A stretch of DNA of 64,000 nt, from contig CM060731.1 of assembly GCA_030704615.1 (NCBI GenBank), forward strand, positions 8,866,001 to 8,930,000, written 5' to 3'. A model generated the notes under the pieces. The model did not search any database and had not been told where the DNA came from. It was given only the letters and a program-made list of their open reading frames with translations. This document shows, one piece after another, positions 38,967 to 52,478 of the stretch. The translations under genes and the position numbers were made by a program. Within the stretch, counting starts at the first letter, position 1. Each line of letters begins with the position of its first letter. Source of the DNA: Takakia lepidozioides. Taxonomy: Eukaryota > Plantae > Bryophyta.

Positions 38967-39479
38967 TTTCAACAAGACCGAGTTTGGGACATTTCTTTTC
39001 TTTAAGAGCAGAGTCCCTCCAAAACAAAACAAAATCTTTACGGGGAAAAATAATACCCCAAAGCATACATGTCACGGGTGTCAAGAGGGTGCCAGGGCAA
39101 ACCCATAGAATGTTTTTTTTTTTTTAATAAAGAAACAGGGGACAGAGGCCCTCAGATGCTTTATTTGGAATTATTCAATATGATTATTATTATATGTATA
39201 TTAGATTATAATCAAGATCTATAATTATGAGTCATCCAATTTACACGAGGGCCAAGGCCCAAGACTACAGCTTTTGGGCCCACAATCGGGCTGAATGAAC
39301 TGATTAAAATATAATTGTCAAGGAATTGGGCCGTCTTCGTGTAAACCTATTCGACCCAAACTTAAGGCCCAACCTACACCAATATCAGCCACTCTCCCCC
39401 TTCTTCCATTCTATGTCTTCTACGCTTCACGTTGTCCCATTGAATCGTGTATCCTTACACTATGGAAGCAAGAAGGCAT

Positions 39480-41020
39480 AATATTCTTGTGCCCTTGGTC
39501 CTCTTCAATCAAGTAATATTTTAACCATAATTTTATTATACCCAAAGCTGGAAAAATGATTTGAATGTACTTCAAATATTTGAATGAGGTTTAGGGTATA
39601 GGGGGTTGGAGAAGTAAAAGTACTATCAAGTACAAAATAAAATTGGAAGAGTGTGTAGAACATATAAGAATTTCTAAGTAAATATCCCGAGGACTCTATC
39701 ATATATATAAGCTAGAATAAAATGAATCAATGAGCTTCAAATATTGAAAAAATTACGTTTTAGGGTATACTAGGATTTAGAACAAGCAAAAGTGTGAATG
39801 ATACAAATAATGGGATATTGTTTAGGACTAATACAAAATTTTAATTCAATATTCCAACAACTCTTAGTAGTATGCAACCCCAAAGTTAGAAAAGAAATTT
39901 TTGAGTGAGCTTCAAACATTACAAAGATATTTTTGGGGTACTGGGCTTAGGCTATTAAGCTAAAGTATAGATAAGAACAAATATGAAAGAATGGAACTTT
40001 AGGATCTAAAAAAATATCAATTAAAAATCCAGACCATTTTATCTTATTATAAAGTGAATCAATGAATAAAAAAATATGACATACTAGGATTTAGGGTAAG
40101 CAAATTTGGTACTATTCAATGACAAACAAATTTACAAGAGTAATTAAGACATATAAAATCTCTCAATTAAATATCATAAAATTCTATAAACTTTTCCAAA
40201 GCTTAGTACTAGCCTATATATATATATATATATATATAATGTAAACAAAAGGTTGAAAAGTGCTTATAAGGAAGTTCCACACAAAATTGCTACCAAGTAG
40301 TACTAAGAATTGTTTTAATGAGCTAATTCAATCTTATACATGTTGGGATTAAAATTTGTTCCGACCGCGTTCCCACTCTATTGTACCCCAAAGCTGAAAA
40401 ATTTAGAAACGGGAGGGAAAAAAAACAAAAACATAAACAAAAACGGGACTTGGGCTTCAAACATGGATATGAGGTGGACAAAAATATCAATGAGAAACTA
40501 ATATGGAAGAGACAGTTTGTGTACGAGGTCCTATAAAAACTTTCAATCAAATATCCTAACCTTGAATGCATTGTATTCCAAAGTAGGAATTTGCTTTCTT
40601 AAGAAGCTTCAAACATGGATATAAGGTTTTAGGGGCATAAAGTTTATAAGAAATAAAATTATGAATCACATAAAAATATGCATGAATGTTTAGGACCTAT
40701 AAATTTTTAAAACATTCAACAATCAAGTCAATATAATATTCTAACCATTGTAATTTGTATTATACCCAAAGCTCAAAAATTGATTTGAATGAACTTCAAA
40801 CATTTGAATGAGGTTTTGCGGTATAGGGTTGCGGATAAACAAAAGTACTTCAAGTAAAAAAAAAACATATGGAAGAGTAAGAATTTCCAAGTAAATATCT
40901 CGATGGCTCTGTCATACATGTGAGTTGGAAGACGTAATTAATTGAGCTTCAAATGTAGCAACTATGTTTTAGGCTATAGGGTTAAGGCTATAGGGGTAAG
41001 ACTCCGACAAAAGTATGAAT
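39480..41020. repeat. AT-rich degenerate repeat region with TTTAGG(G) motifs; resumes at about 43113-43290
   Basis: Diverged direct repeats (about 39520-39800 vs 40740-41020) with recurrent tacccaaagct, gagcttcaaa, tttaggacctataaa and tttagggta motifs. Confidence 0.7.
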
Positions 41021-43112
41021 GACAGGACCATGGTAACCAGAAACGAGAACCCTAGGATCTATGTTACTACCCCGGAGGAAGAAACCGAAACTAGAAGTCA
41101 ACACATGAAAGCGAGAGTAATGGCACCAACATGAGTTAGTGCACTGCCCAGTGCCTACGGATTGCTAATGCTATTACATCTGCCTAAACTAAAGACGGGA
41201 GGCTTAGAAGAGCCCTAAGGTGTTTCCAGTTTATTTCTTGATCGAACTCAGGCGACGCGGTGGAGTGTTGTGCGAATTCCTCTCTAGTTGGGTGGGGGCA
41301 GATCTGGCCAGATACAGGTGTTTGGATTTGCGCTGCTGCAGATGAGGCCTCGATTACCCCAGGTGGTGCGGAATGTATCATGGGAAGCCCCTGCGATCTC
41401 TGGTTTCCGTTGGATATGTGCACAATGCCAAGCCTTCCTGGATTCTGTCCCAAGGTCATAGAAAACAGATGTGAGAAGAGCTGACACTGAAGAAGTTTGA
41501 CCAGAGAAAAATCTGGAGCATCTTGCTTTCCAGAGGTGCCAAAGTGTGCTGCCTCTAAGCATTTCGAAAACAGGGCAACCAACAGCTTTCCTTTTTGTTG
41601 TTGTATCATAGTTTAGAAGCAAGATCGTGGAGGAGAGAGGAATGAGGTTCCAACAAGAGTAAAAGTTTTTGATAAATGGCCAAATGATGGCTGGGGCTTG
41701 GCATGAGATGAGATAATGTTCAAGGCTTTCCATGATTCCTGATGAGCAGCAGGAGCAAAGGAGAGCGTCTTGAAATTGTAACCATTCGCCCACCTTGAGC
41801 ACTCTGTTAGCAACTTGCCAGAGGAACGCTTGGATTTTGGCAGGCCTGGACTTTAGCCACACAGAACCCCAGATTACGGACCAGTTCTCATTTCTAAATC
41901 CCAGGTGCCCCCACCTTGACTCCCACTTTGCTTTAAATGAATTTGGCAGGGACAAAGCCTTGTAAACTGTTTTTGGTGGTGTATGAAAAGAAGGGTTCTG
42001 GTTGTCTTCCAAACATCCAAGACCATTCGGAAGGATCGAACTGCAACTCAACAAGGGGCCTCCCAAGAATCCAAATAAATGTGGCAGAGGCAAGCCAGGC
42101 TGAGTGAGAAAGACCTGGGGGGGGTTGGGGATCCATTTCTTTCGATGAAGTAGACCAGCAGCAAACTCTGACTGGTGTAAGAGGGTTGGGGGGTAGGATC
42201 GCAGGTTCTTGCGAATGAAGATGGAGGGTTAAGGTCAGAGGGTCAATGTGGAAAGCATAGGCCACGTGGTTGCGAGAGGTGGATTGGTTAACGAACAGGA
42301 TGGTGAGAAGGTTGTTGTGAATGGTAAGTGCCCAGTAGTTGTGTAAAGGAAAAATAGGTCCAATATTCATAAGCCCAATCCATGTTTGGTCAATGTTTTG
42401 AATAAGGTTTGAGCCCTTCCCACTGTTGAAGCAATGAGATCCTGCGATTTGACTCTGTTACCCTGCCACAGGTTATCCATTTGGGAGATACCCAGGTTTG
42501 TCCCATGCTGACCAGCGGATTGCCTCTTTTCGCTGGGAAGGGCTTGGCTTGTTGGTATTAAGGAAAAGGTATTGACGAAGGACCTCGAAGTAGTTAGAGG
42601 GTTCCTATTTTTTGAGAAAGCCTCGTAGCCTCCCCCGAGCCTGCCAGATAGAGTTCCATAGACTAGATCCCGTTTTTTTGAAATTGAATCCATTGACAAT
42701 CCATCGAAATGATGGGGCCCAAGTGGCATTTTTTAAAGGGGAGGCCATCAAAATATTGTCTGCCACGAGGAACTTCCACCATCCACCCTCGGGGCCCATG
42801 AACCGAGGTATCCATTTTCCCAGAAGGGCTACAATCTGTTTTTCAGGGTCGAGAATGCCCAACCCTCCCTGTTTTTTGGGGAGGCATATTTGACTCCACG
42901 ACACTTGGGGTCTTTTACCCTGTGATGACGATTCAACTCCCCAGATGAAATTACGCAGTAGTTTTTTAACCTCTTGGATTTGAGTAGAGTTAGGTCTCCA
43001 TGAGCTGGCGTAGTACCAGATTCCTCTAGGATTTGATTTACTACCAAGGCTCTACCGATGATTGACAGGTGCTTCGATCTCCAAAAAGCCAGTTTCCTCT
43101 TCAGCTTAGCCA
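41020..43112 (-). mobile_element. 5'-truncated L1-clade LINE (ORF2 C-terminus with zf-RVT)
   Basis: KLKRKLAFWRSKHLSIIGRALVVNQIL, SWSQICLPKKQGGLGI, LLGKWIPRF, KIQAFLWQV, C..C....ESLEHYLISC, LWHLWKARC; frameshifted; inserted in the AT-rich repeat. The 3' boundary is approximate. Confidence 0.9.
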
Positions 43113-43448
43113 AATTAAAGTATATTATATAAGAAACAAATATTATGAAAGAATAACATTTAGGACCTATAAAAATGTCATTAAAAAATCCAAACCAATC
43201 CAAAAAAAAAAATGGAAAAGCGTTTAGGAGGTTATATAAAAACTTGCAAGTATTACTAAGCAAAAGGTTTTTTTTTAAATCCCAACCACTCTAACAAAAT
43301 TTATTGAAAGTGGTCCAAATTTGGCTAGAAGAATGAACAACATTACAACTAAGTAGAACAACTATTTTTTATCCATCGTTCAAAGTTATTGATTTAAAAC
43401 ATTACAAGAAAACAAGAAAGTTGGAGTGTTGTCTGCATTCATACCATT

Positions 43449-46400
43449 TTAGTTTTCATTATCTTGACGATTTGCTGGTTCCAAATTTGCTCTAGCATTG
43501 TCCGCCTCTCGAGCAGTTATCTTTTTTGTGATTGCTTTTGTCGTATTGTTTCTCGGTGACATTGTCCACACTACATTGTCAACATGAATCCATTGAGAGG
43601 GATCCATTGGATTGAACTCCCAATTTTTGGACCAACAATCTTTGTATCTATCTGCATCCGTATGATTGCCTCCTTTTTTCGGTCTCCATCATTCCACAAG
43701 AAGTTTTTTGTAATTACGATCTTCTCTATCTTGTACAACATCTGATATTGTCATTCCCATCCAAACAAGAAAAGTCTCCATATCATTTGGGCGAACAAGG
43801 ACAAAGAATCCATTCTCAATATCCTTGAATGGATTCAACGGTATTTTCGGACGGTCGCATCTCGACCTACCAAGGGAAAACCTGGCACGTGTAAGTTGGG
43901 CGAGGACAAAACCCTTGGTTAGGAAAACCGTGCAGGGAGTATAAATGGTGATAAGCCATGAAACTAAAATGTTTTTAAGTCCTAAAGAGGTCAAGTCCGA
44001 GGACCCCAAGAGACGGTTCCACAATATCTTTATTATCGGACAATGCGTCTTGAGACTGTCTATGAACATCGTCTCTCTTGTGGTGCTCGACCCATTTTAT
44101 TACTGGCCAAAATCCTTCGATAAGTTTGTCATTTGGCTCCTCCAACGGAAGGTCAAGTTTTTCAAGAATATCCGCCCAATATTGATCATATTGTTTCATG
44201 ATATTTCCATATTGATCATCCAATAACGTCATTTTTTTCCAAAAATCCATGTACTTTTTAATACCGGACTTGATGCAAAATTGTTTACCCAAGACTTCCT
44301 CACCATCTCCCCAAATAGGTCTCTTACGGAGCGGTTTTGGCTGTCGAACTGGAAGCATTGGAGAACCATCGTCTTTTGTTTTCCACATTTTGATATTGCT
44401 ATTTTTTTAAAGCCAATCCGAATCTGTTGCAGATTTTTTGTATTGCATTAGATGTCAATCATCCGAATCAACAAAAAACCGAAAAATGTGCATTCCCGTA
44501 GCTCCAACCAAAGCCTCCTTCCTCTCTAAAATAAAGCGGTCGACAAAATCCTTGAAGTCTGGAACTTCTTGAATTATTTGTGGAATGAAGTGTAGGTTTT
44601 GAGATACCATGAAATTTTTCATGAGATCGGAAAGAACATAGGTGTTGTTCTCTTTCAATTTCTTCGAAAGGTAACTAAAATAAGCATCAATGTCCTCATG
44701 CGTATGACCAACCATAAGGAAACCGAGTTGAATTTCTTCGAACACCCCTCTTGCAGTAAGCAGTGATAATAACGTCAATATCCATCTGTTCTTGTTGTCT
44801 TTGACATAATTGTCCATTTGTAGATACAATCTTCGTGGTAATGGAAGCGCTCATTTCTTATCATTTTTAGAACGAGACTTCAAAACATCCAAACACCTGG
44901 ATTTTCCTCTCATTATGACTTCAAATAAATCAGTTTGCATAGGGTTGTAAAAAAGAGCCATTGATTCACGACATGTTGGTTTCCCCAATTGTCGCAAAAT
45001 TCTAGCCAAAGATCCTATAATGAAGTTGGGATCTGCTGGCCAAAAATCCATCGTACGCGCCATCTTTGTGACCGTGAGTAACGATACCCGCCATAGACAC
45101 TAGAAGTTGCCCCAAACCTGAAATCATCTTGTTCGTTGTTTGCAAACGTAGAAGAGCAGTCTTTCGATGATCCATTTTATCATGAATGATGCATAAGCAT
45201 TTTGTTGGCATCATAACCGATTCATTCCTCCAGCTATGGTAGAGTCTCCGGCAAGACTCTTAATGCTTCAGATGTTTGTCAAGAGCTTTTTTACGATACA
45301 TTTGGTCTGCACTTCTTTTCACAGACTTCTTAATGAGGTCCTTTAGCATCTCACACTCCGTACATTTTGCAAATGTCCCTCCATTTTTTCTAACTTCGAC
45401 GTTGGAGAAAATCTTCTTTCTAATTCGACTCACCGCTGAAGTAGAAATAGGCCCTAAGCCTAGAACCTGATTGGTCTGTCATGTGCGCTCAAGAATATAT
45501 TAGAATGTTGACGCGAATGTCGAGGTCTCATATAGTAATCTCATCAACCTGATACAAGTAGTAGATAAATAAAGACTATTGATTGATCGATTGTTTTAAA
45601 TATTTATTTGTTCAACCAAATCACATCTTATTCACATTGTCTTAATAGAGAGGTCCAAAAGAAGAAGTAGATGAGAAAGAATACTCACATCGTTGGACTC
45701 ATCTCGAACTCGTTTCCAATTAATCTTTGGAGGTAGTACACGGAGTGTATCTCGGCGCCCCTTACCAATACATCTCGTCTTATGTGGCATAAAATCACTG
45801 TTCCCGTTAATGATATGTTCTCCTCAACCTAAACAGTCTCTGGGCGGGGCCGCTTCATTCCACAATTTCCAAACAAAGAAGAGATAACCCCTTCTTTGTT
45901 GAGTCTTTTGTACTCCATATATGTTGACATGCCAATTCCATGAATTGTCCACCACGCCTTCTCGCAAATATCCACTCCCTTAATAGTAATGTATGCTTGA
46001 CGAGTTGACCCCTCGAGTCTATGTAGTCTCCGTGGAATGTCAAATCCCAGCTCTCGTCTATTGTCGAAGGTGGATCCCGAAAATGTGGTGTGAAGACCAA
46101 GCATCTTCTTCCAATCAAAAAATTGACAGCACCGAAGCTGACAACATGGTTTGCTACTGACCTTTCTCACAGACTTTTCCGAAAGTAACCTTTTTTATTT
46201 TCTAGACTCATCCAAGGCAACACCTCTTTTGGATCTACGAAAATGTCTGTAAGGAGCCTTCCTTATACCACACTCACCATCCTCCGGTTCACTAGCCATC
46301 TCGGAGTTGTAGAAATTTTGTAGATCTTCCGAATGCAACCTTCCATTTTGTAAGAATTTTGTTATAATCAAAGACCACTTGACAATGGACATAAGAGATC

Positions 46401-46929
46401 CACATCCTCCTACTAGCATCCTAGTAATGAAAACACCGAGATGGTCCTCCCCGAGTTTGTCACAAAGTACCACCTCGTCCGAAATGCATGCGTGTATTCT
46501 TCCCTTGTAGATGTCACCGCCTTCTTCCGTTAAGAGGATACATATACGATTTCTACAATTACTCCTTCCAAGAGGGCTCTGAGGATTTTCTCCATCCACC
46601 GATTCTTCTGATCCATACCCATCTTCGGACGAGAAAGGACATTCTGGACTAGAGGTAGGATAGTCCAAAGAAATATCACACAAATCCCACATGATAGGTG
46701 TCCCAAGAGCCTCAGTTATTGTGTCAACATCCATATGAGGATATCGCAATTGCATCATCCCATAGTCATTCTCAAATGTAGTGATTATCACATTAATTGT
46801 TGATGAGGTCAATGGACGTCCATAACACTGACCTTCACCAATCACATTCAGGCAGTTGCCAGTTGCAACTATAACCCTCGACGTTTTGTAACAGAGGAAG
46901 ATTTTGAGACCAGATGATAAGGAATCCAT
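43449..46929 (-). mobile_element. Sola1-like (DUF7869-type) DDD transposase pseudogene with N-terminal extension
   Basis: Frameshifted pieces: CC..RCC region, intron about 45549-45688, FAKCTECEML, IIHDKMD, LYLQMDNYVKDNKN, FLMVGHTHEDIDAYFS. TIRs and TSD not identified. Confidence 0.8.
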
Positions 46930-46943
46930 TTTGAGAAAGGACA

Positions 46944-47290
46944 GAACGTCGAAATGAATGTCGACGTTCATTAGTCTCTACAGATAGAGATAAATAGGAA
47001 AAGTGGAATGACTGTAGCTGAATATCCTAATTAGGAGATAAAAATAAAGAAGACTCTGACGGATGAAGAGATATTAAGAGAATTAGAGTATATTATGTGG
47101 ATGTATCGATGAGGACCAAGAAAAATAAGAAATGATATAAAGAATAGAACGTCGACATGAATGTCGACGTTCTCTAGTCTTGACGGATAGAGATAAATAG
47201 TAAAAAATAACGGCTGTAACTGGATATCCTAATAAAGAGACATAGAATAAATCAGATGAATATATTAATGAAGACCTAGAAAAAAAAACA
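46944..47290. repeat. About 202-bp period direct repeat carrying a palindrome, upstream of the transposase
   Basis: gaacgtcga(a/c)atgaatgtcgacgttc...gatagagataaatag...atatcctaat at about 46944 and 47147. Confidence 0.75.
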
Positions 47291-48339
47291 AGTGAGGAAG
47301 AAGACATGCTCTCATATTCAAATGCACTAGTAGGTACTCTCAGGTATTTGATGTGATGTGAGACATAATGAAGGTCAAGTGATGAGACTTTAGTTTGTAT
47401 TTAAAAAATTGAAGAAGCAGCAATCCGCCAGACGTTGACACTAATGTGGACGCTACCATAGATGAATAAAAAAATGATGAATAATCATCCAGTTGGATGA
47501 GGCATGGATGATAGTTAAATAAAGATGACTGTAAAAAAGTAGAGAGACTAAGGTATGTAACGGTGGAAAAAATATAAAAATGAAACAAACCTTAAAGTCT
47601 CTAAAACCTAAAACAAACACTCATATGTTTGAACATAATCTGACTACACGATGAACTCGTGTCTGCACAACATATGCTTTGGTAAACCCTAAAGCTTAAT
47701 GCAAATATTCATAAGAATATTGGCTGATGCAAAGGTACAAAAGAGGATGCAAAGGTATACGAAACATGACAGACTGAGGAGGACAGACTGAAGAGAGAAA
47801 GAAAAGACGCAGGAGTGCAGAATGACGATATGTACGTCTACCTCCAAGCTTGTGGTGTGGCGGTGGTTAGGGCGTTGTTAATGCGCCAATGCAAATGATT
47901 GAGAATGCACCACAGGGATCAAGTGCTCCAACCATTGATTAGCACTGTCACAAATCTGACGGACGTAGACAGTCCGCGACGAGTCGAACGATCTTGACGA
48001 TCCAACGATGACGTGCGGCGCATCACGGAGTTAAGCCGCACACCGTCCATTCAATCGTCAAGATCTCTGTTGCTGGATTATCGCGATCCAACGACGGTGA
48101 TGTTTGACCTAATCCCCAGGCGCCGCCATAAACCGTACCTTTATTTTGTGAGATAGCGTCATTTGACCTAACTCTCAACACGGGAGGGTTAAGTCAAACA
48201 CGTTTATTTTTCTTTTTGGGCTTTTGTTTTTGGGTTGGCGAAAGTCATTTGATTGCAAAGACCTCGAGGTGTGCACCAAAGTTCGACGTCACCATCCGCA
48301 ACTGATTGTTTTTTTTTTTTTGAAGCAGAGAGTCGTTGG

Positions 48340-49265
48340 ATCGAATGGATGGGAGGACCAGTTATTTCTTTTTAATTCCATATGTATTATTTGTACTCGA
48401 CAATGCTTCAACATGGTTACAGACATGGGAGAGAAGACAGATTGCAAAAGGAGAACCTTTACTATGGAGTACCTTGAAAGCAGGACTGCTCCAACAATTC
48501 AAGGTAGTAGATACTATTACAACTGCTCGAATGAAATTATGGAATTTGGAACAACGCGGGAGTGTGCAAAATTTCATTGAAGATTTTTTGAATCTTCAGG
48601 TCCAAATCGAATACATGAGTCTTGTAGAAGTTTTAGACAACTTCAAAAGATGATTGAAGAAGAAAATTCAAGGAGAGGTAATTTTACGCAACCCGGTTGA
48701 TGTCCACGAAGCAATTTCATTGGCCCAAAAGATTGAAGGGACGCTACCAATATACGACGAAGGTATACACATTCCATTGAACCAATACGGACTAACGCCT
48801 ATGGAGCTTGGAAATCTTCGAAGACGGGATAACTTCCAATACTCTCAAAGAAATAGGTCGGGAATCAAATATGGGGAAGATAACACACAACGGTGAATGA
48901 AATTGAATGACAATGATGTGACCTCAACATTCTCACAAACAGAAGGACAAAGGGAAACTAGACAATGTTACAACTGTGGAAAATACGGACATATTGCGGC
49001 CAACTGTCGAAGTGGAAGGTACAATCGACAAACTTATCGAAGACCTCTTAACAATTTAAGGAGATGAGAAGATAACGAACATCACAATGAGCAGGAAAAC
49101 GAGCACAACCAGTAAGTAGACATCGCGGTCTTACTGGTTCTACAAAGAAGAGAAAAGGCGAGGGGGCCTACAAGGAGAAGAGGCAAATCAATCATGCGGG
49201 CAAGAAAGAGACGCAGTTAATTATGACTGATGGAACCTTGGAAGGTATTCATGTGAGAGTGTTGA
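48340..49265 (+). mobile_element. Ty3/Gypsy gag remnant
   Basis: ASTWLQ..WSTLKAGLLQQF..ARMKLWNLEQRGSVQNF..PMELG..CYNCGKYGHIAANC, then the start of a protease (GTLEGIHVRVL) cut at 49265; internal stops. Confidence 0.85.
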
Positions 49266-49930
49266 CACTACAACACACCCTACGTAATTTCGACGATTTT
49301 GTTTGACGCTGGCGTTGACTGTTGTCACTTTCGACTGTTCCAACCATTTTTCAGTCAAAATTTATATTAAGATATTTGAGGTGCTAGACAGCCGCGAAAA
49401 TGTTGACTGTAGTGAGAAACTTTGACTACCTAAAATAAGCTGACCGAGCCAACCAGTTAAGTAATGGCACGTGTAATCACAATATATAAATTATATAGCA
49501 ATATATATGTGAATAATAAGAAGTAAAACAACTTAACTACGTTTTAACTGACCCAGCTCATTAATAGTAAACTAATTGTGTGCTGGTTAAGGTTAGTGAA
49601 ACAAAACAACTAAATTATCTGAACGAATGATAAAAAAAAATGCCTTGCTGGCAGCTATTGGATGAACGTATGAAAGATTAGTGAAACAAGACAACTGAAT
49701 TATGTGAACGAATGATAGACAAACGTCTTGCTGGCAGTTATTGGATGAACGTATGAAAGGTTGGTGAAACAAAACAACTGAACTATCTGAACGAATGATA
49801 AACAAACACCTTGCTGGCAGCTATTGGATGAACGTACGAAATATAATTTTTGTGCACTGGATGAACGTATGAATGAACAATAAATCCAACGCCTTGCTGG
49901 CAACTATTGGATGAATGTAGGAACGAATGA
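49266..49930. mobile_element. CACTA (En/Spm)-type terminus with a tandem repeat behind it
   Basis: CACTACAACA starts exactly where the Gypsy protease frame breaks. It is followed by short gttgac/ttgact motifs and an 84-85-bp repeat (about 4 copies, 49596-49930; core cttgctggcagctattggatgaacgta). No matching right TIR found. Confidence 0.55.
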
Positions 49931-49989
49931 TAATGAAAACGCTGAGCTCTGCCTAGGCCCCTTCCACCCAAGAAACCTAATACAGCACC

Positions 49990-50440
49990 AATTGGATGTG
50001 CAATAATGTCAAACACTCCCTTTGTAACCTTCATTCTGCCGCATTTTGCATACAGGTCCATGAGAGCAGTGTTCAGAATGACATCAGGTACAAAATCCAG
50101 CTTTGCACACAAACATGATGTGGTTGCACTTCACCCTTTCCCCAATCATTTGCTCATACGTTTCCAAGGCTTCTGTCCCGCGCCCATGTTGAGCATATCC
50201 TGCAAGCATGGCGTTCCACAACTCCAAATCTCGTTGAGCCATATTGTTTAACACTCCCACATTTGGCATACATGTCCACGAGGGTATTGTTCATAATCAC
50301 ATCTGGTACAATTCCATCTTTGGTGATGCAACCATGCACCTCTTTGCCCTTTTCCAAGGCTGCCAGGCTTCGACACGAACTACAAACACACACAAACGTG
50401 ATGTGCTCGGGCTTCACCCGTGCCCCCATCAATTGCTCTC
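49990..50440 (-). pseudogene. PLS-class pentatricopeptide repeat (PPR) gene fragment
   Basis: VKPEHITFVCVCSSCRSLAALEKGKEVHGCI, NTLVDMYAKCGS, LWNAMLAGYAQHGRGTEALETYEQM, TALMDLYAKCG; two frameshifting deletions. Confidence 0.92.
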
Positions 50441-50759
50441 TCTTAGCTGCCTAGTAGAATATGCATATGAAAAACTTTTAAAGATACCATGTACTAACCA
50501 ACACTTTCTTGCTTCCACTGTCTTGAATATTCCACCCATGCCCCCATCAATTGCTCTCTCTCAGCTGCTTAGAATATGCATATGAAAACTTTTAAAGATA
50601 CCATGTACTAACCAGCACTTTCTTGCTTCCATTGTCTTGAATATTCCACCCCTGCCCCCATCAATTTCTCTCTCTCAGCTGCCTAGAATATGCATATGAA
50701 AAACTTTTAAAGATACCATGTACTAACCAGCACTTTCTTGCTTCCACTGTCTTGAATAT
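50423..50759. repeat. About 116-bp tandem triplication
   Basis: cccccatcaattgctctctc...aagataccatgtactaacc...gtcttgaatat at about 50423, 50541 and 50655. Confidence 0.92.
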
Positions 50760-50946
50760 CCGGCTAAAGTGCCTCGTAAGCAGCTGGAAAGTAACTTCAA
50801 GCTCCCTTTCTCAAGCAGCACTTTCAACATTATGACTAGATCCGCTTGCATGCATATAGTGCTTGGTAATTCCATTACCAATCCTAATGGGATGTAGAGA
50901 TTCCGAAGCCCCCCTCCCCTCACTTATGGAACAAGCTATCTTCAAC

Positions 50947-52356
50947 TCACAAAAGATCTGCAACATTTGAAGGCAGCTCATTGATAACAGTGTTGTAGAA
51001 CCTTTGGAGGTCTTGGAGCATGCGCTCATCATCCTTTGTGACAAAATTAATGGCCACACCCTTGTGCCCAAAACGCCCACTGCGGCCAATACGGTGGAGA
51101 TACTTCTCCGGCTGGGTGGGCAGGTCATAGTTAATGACCAGGGACACCTGCTGGACATGAATACCGCGTGTCAGCAGATCAGTTGTAATTAGGACTCGGT
51201 CCAGGATCTGAATCAGAACTCCATGATGATGTCCCGGGTGTTCTGGTCCAGATCTCCATGTGCGGCTGAGACAGTGTGGTCACGGGCTGCACTCACCATT
51301 AACACAAACAGACAGTGAGCACTTCATAAACAATTATACGTGAAGGATCTAAATCTGTGTATAACTCATCTGCAACTAAAACATTGGTGAAGAAGCAGTG
51401 TTCTCTTGGAAGCCTCTAGAAACGACCATCGACATGTAAAGATCAACATACCACGCATCAACTATCAGTAAGCCAGTCAACTTTCCGGCAGGTGTTGATG
51501 AAGACAACACTCTGGGTAATTGCCAGCGTCCCATACAAATCACACAAAGTGTCAAGCTTCCATTTCTCACGGTCCACATTGACATAGAACTGTTTGATAG
51601 CCTCACCTGGCAAAGCTCATCCCTTTTCACCAAGATTTTCATTGCCTTGTTTATGAATTTTCTGGTGATCTCCAGGGCTACTAGTGGCATTGTAGCCGAG
51701 AACACACCCACTTGCAGCTTTTGAGGAAGAAGCTGGAAGCTCATGTCATAAATCTGTAGAGAAACCAAAGAGGCACATCGACATTACTTGCTACTGAGCC
51801 GCACTGAATATGAGATACTCTGAAGAACGGGCGAGGCTAAGCAATGAGAACACACTAATATTACATTCAGTTGAAAGAAAGGCTCTTACTATTTGAGGTC
51901 ACAAAAACACCTCAAAGAGAGGGGAAAAGAAGACGAACTAACCTGATCGTTGAATCCATAAGAGAGCATCTCATCAGCTTCATGCAGCACAAAGCACTTG
52001 ATCGCATAAGCCCGAAGGGCATTCCGACGCAACATATCATGCACACGTCCTGGGGTTCCCACCACAACGTGAATTGATCCTCACGAACACTGGTCCCTCC
52101 AACACAGGCATGCACCTTCACTTGGAGGTAATCACCAAGTGCCCGCATCACCTTCTCAGTCACGTGGGCAAGCTCACGAGTGGGAGCCAATACAAGCGCT
52201 TGGCACCCCAATAGTTGGTAGTCCAATTGCTGAAGAATACCAGAACAGAAAGTAGCTGTCTTTCCCGTCCCGGACTGAGCTTGCTGAATGACATCGAGGC
52301 CCTTGGTAAAGGGCACAATACCACGTTGCTGGATGGCTGAAGCTTTCTCAAAACCG
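50947..52356 (-). pseudogene. eIF4A: eIF4A DEAD-box helicase pseudogene (intron-containing)
   Basis: [33 protein letters not shown] changed to [30 protein letters not shown]; frameshifts, a deletion after VREDQ, introns retained. Confidence 0.95.
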
Positions 52357-52478
52357 ATGAATCTGAGGGACCTGAGAGGGATGAGCTGCAAGGAGAAACT
52401 GACATCAATCAGTATGGAGGCAACAGTGAGAATGTCACAGAAAGGATGCAAAGGGAGCTGTTGCAACTTGCAGCAAAG

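Noticed and set aside
39480-41020. Interstitial telomeric array
   Set aside because: TTTAGGG occurs only as isolated motifs, not tandem runs.
49266-49414. Complete mini-CACTA ending at TGTAGTG (49414)
   Set aside because: Only 7 bp of TIR match and the flanks differ (TGA vs AGA).
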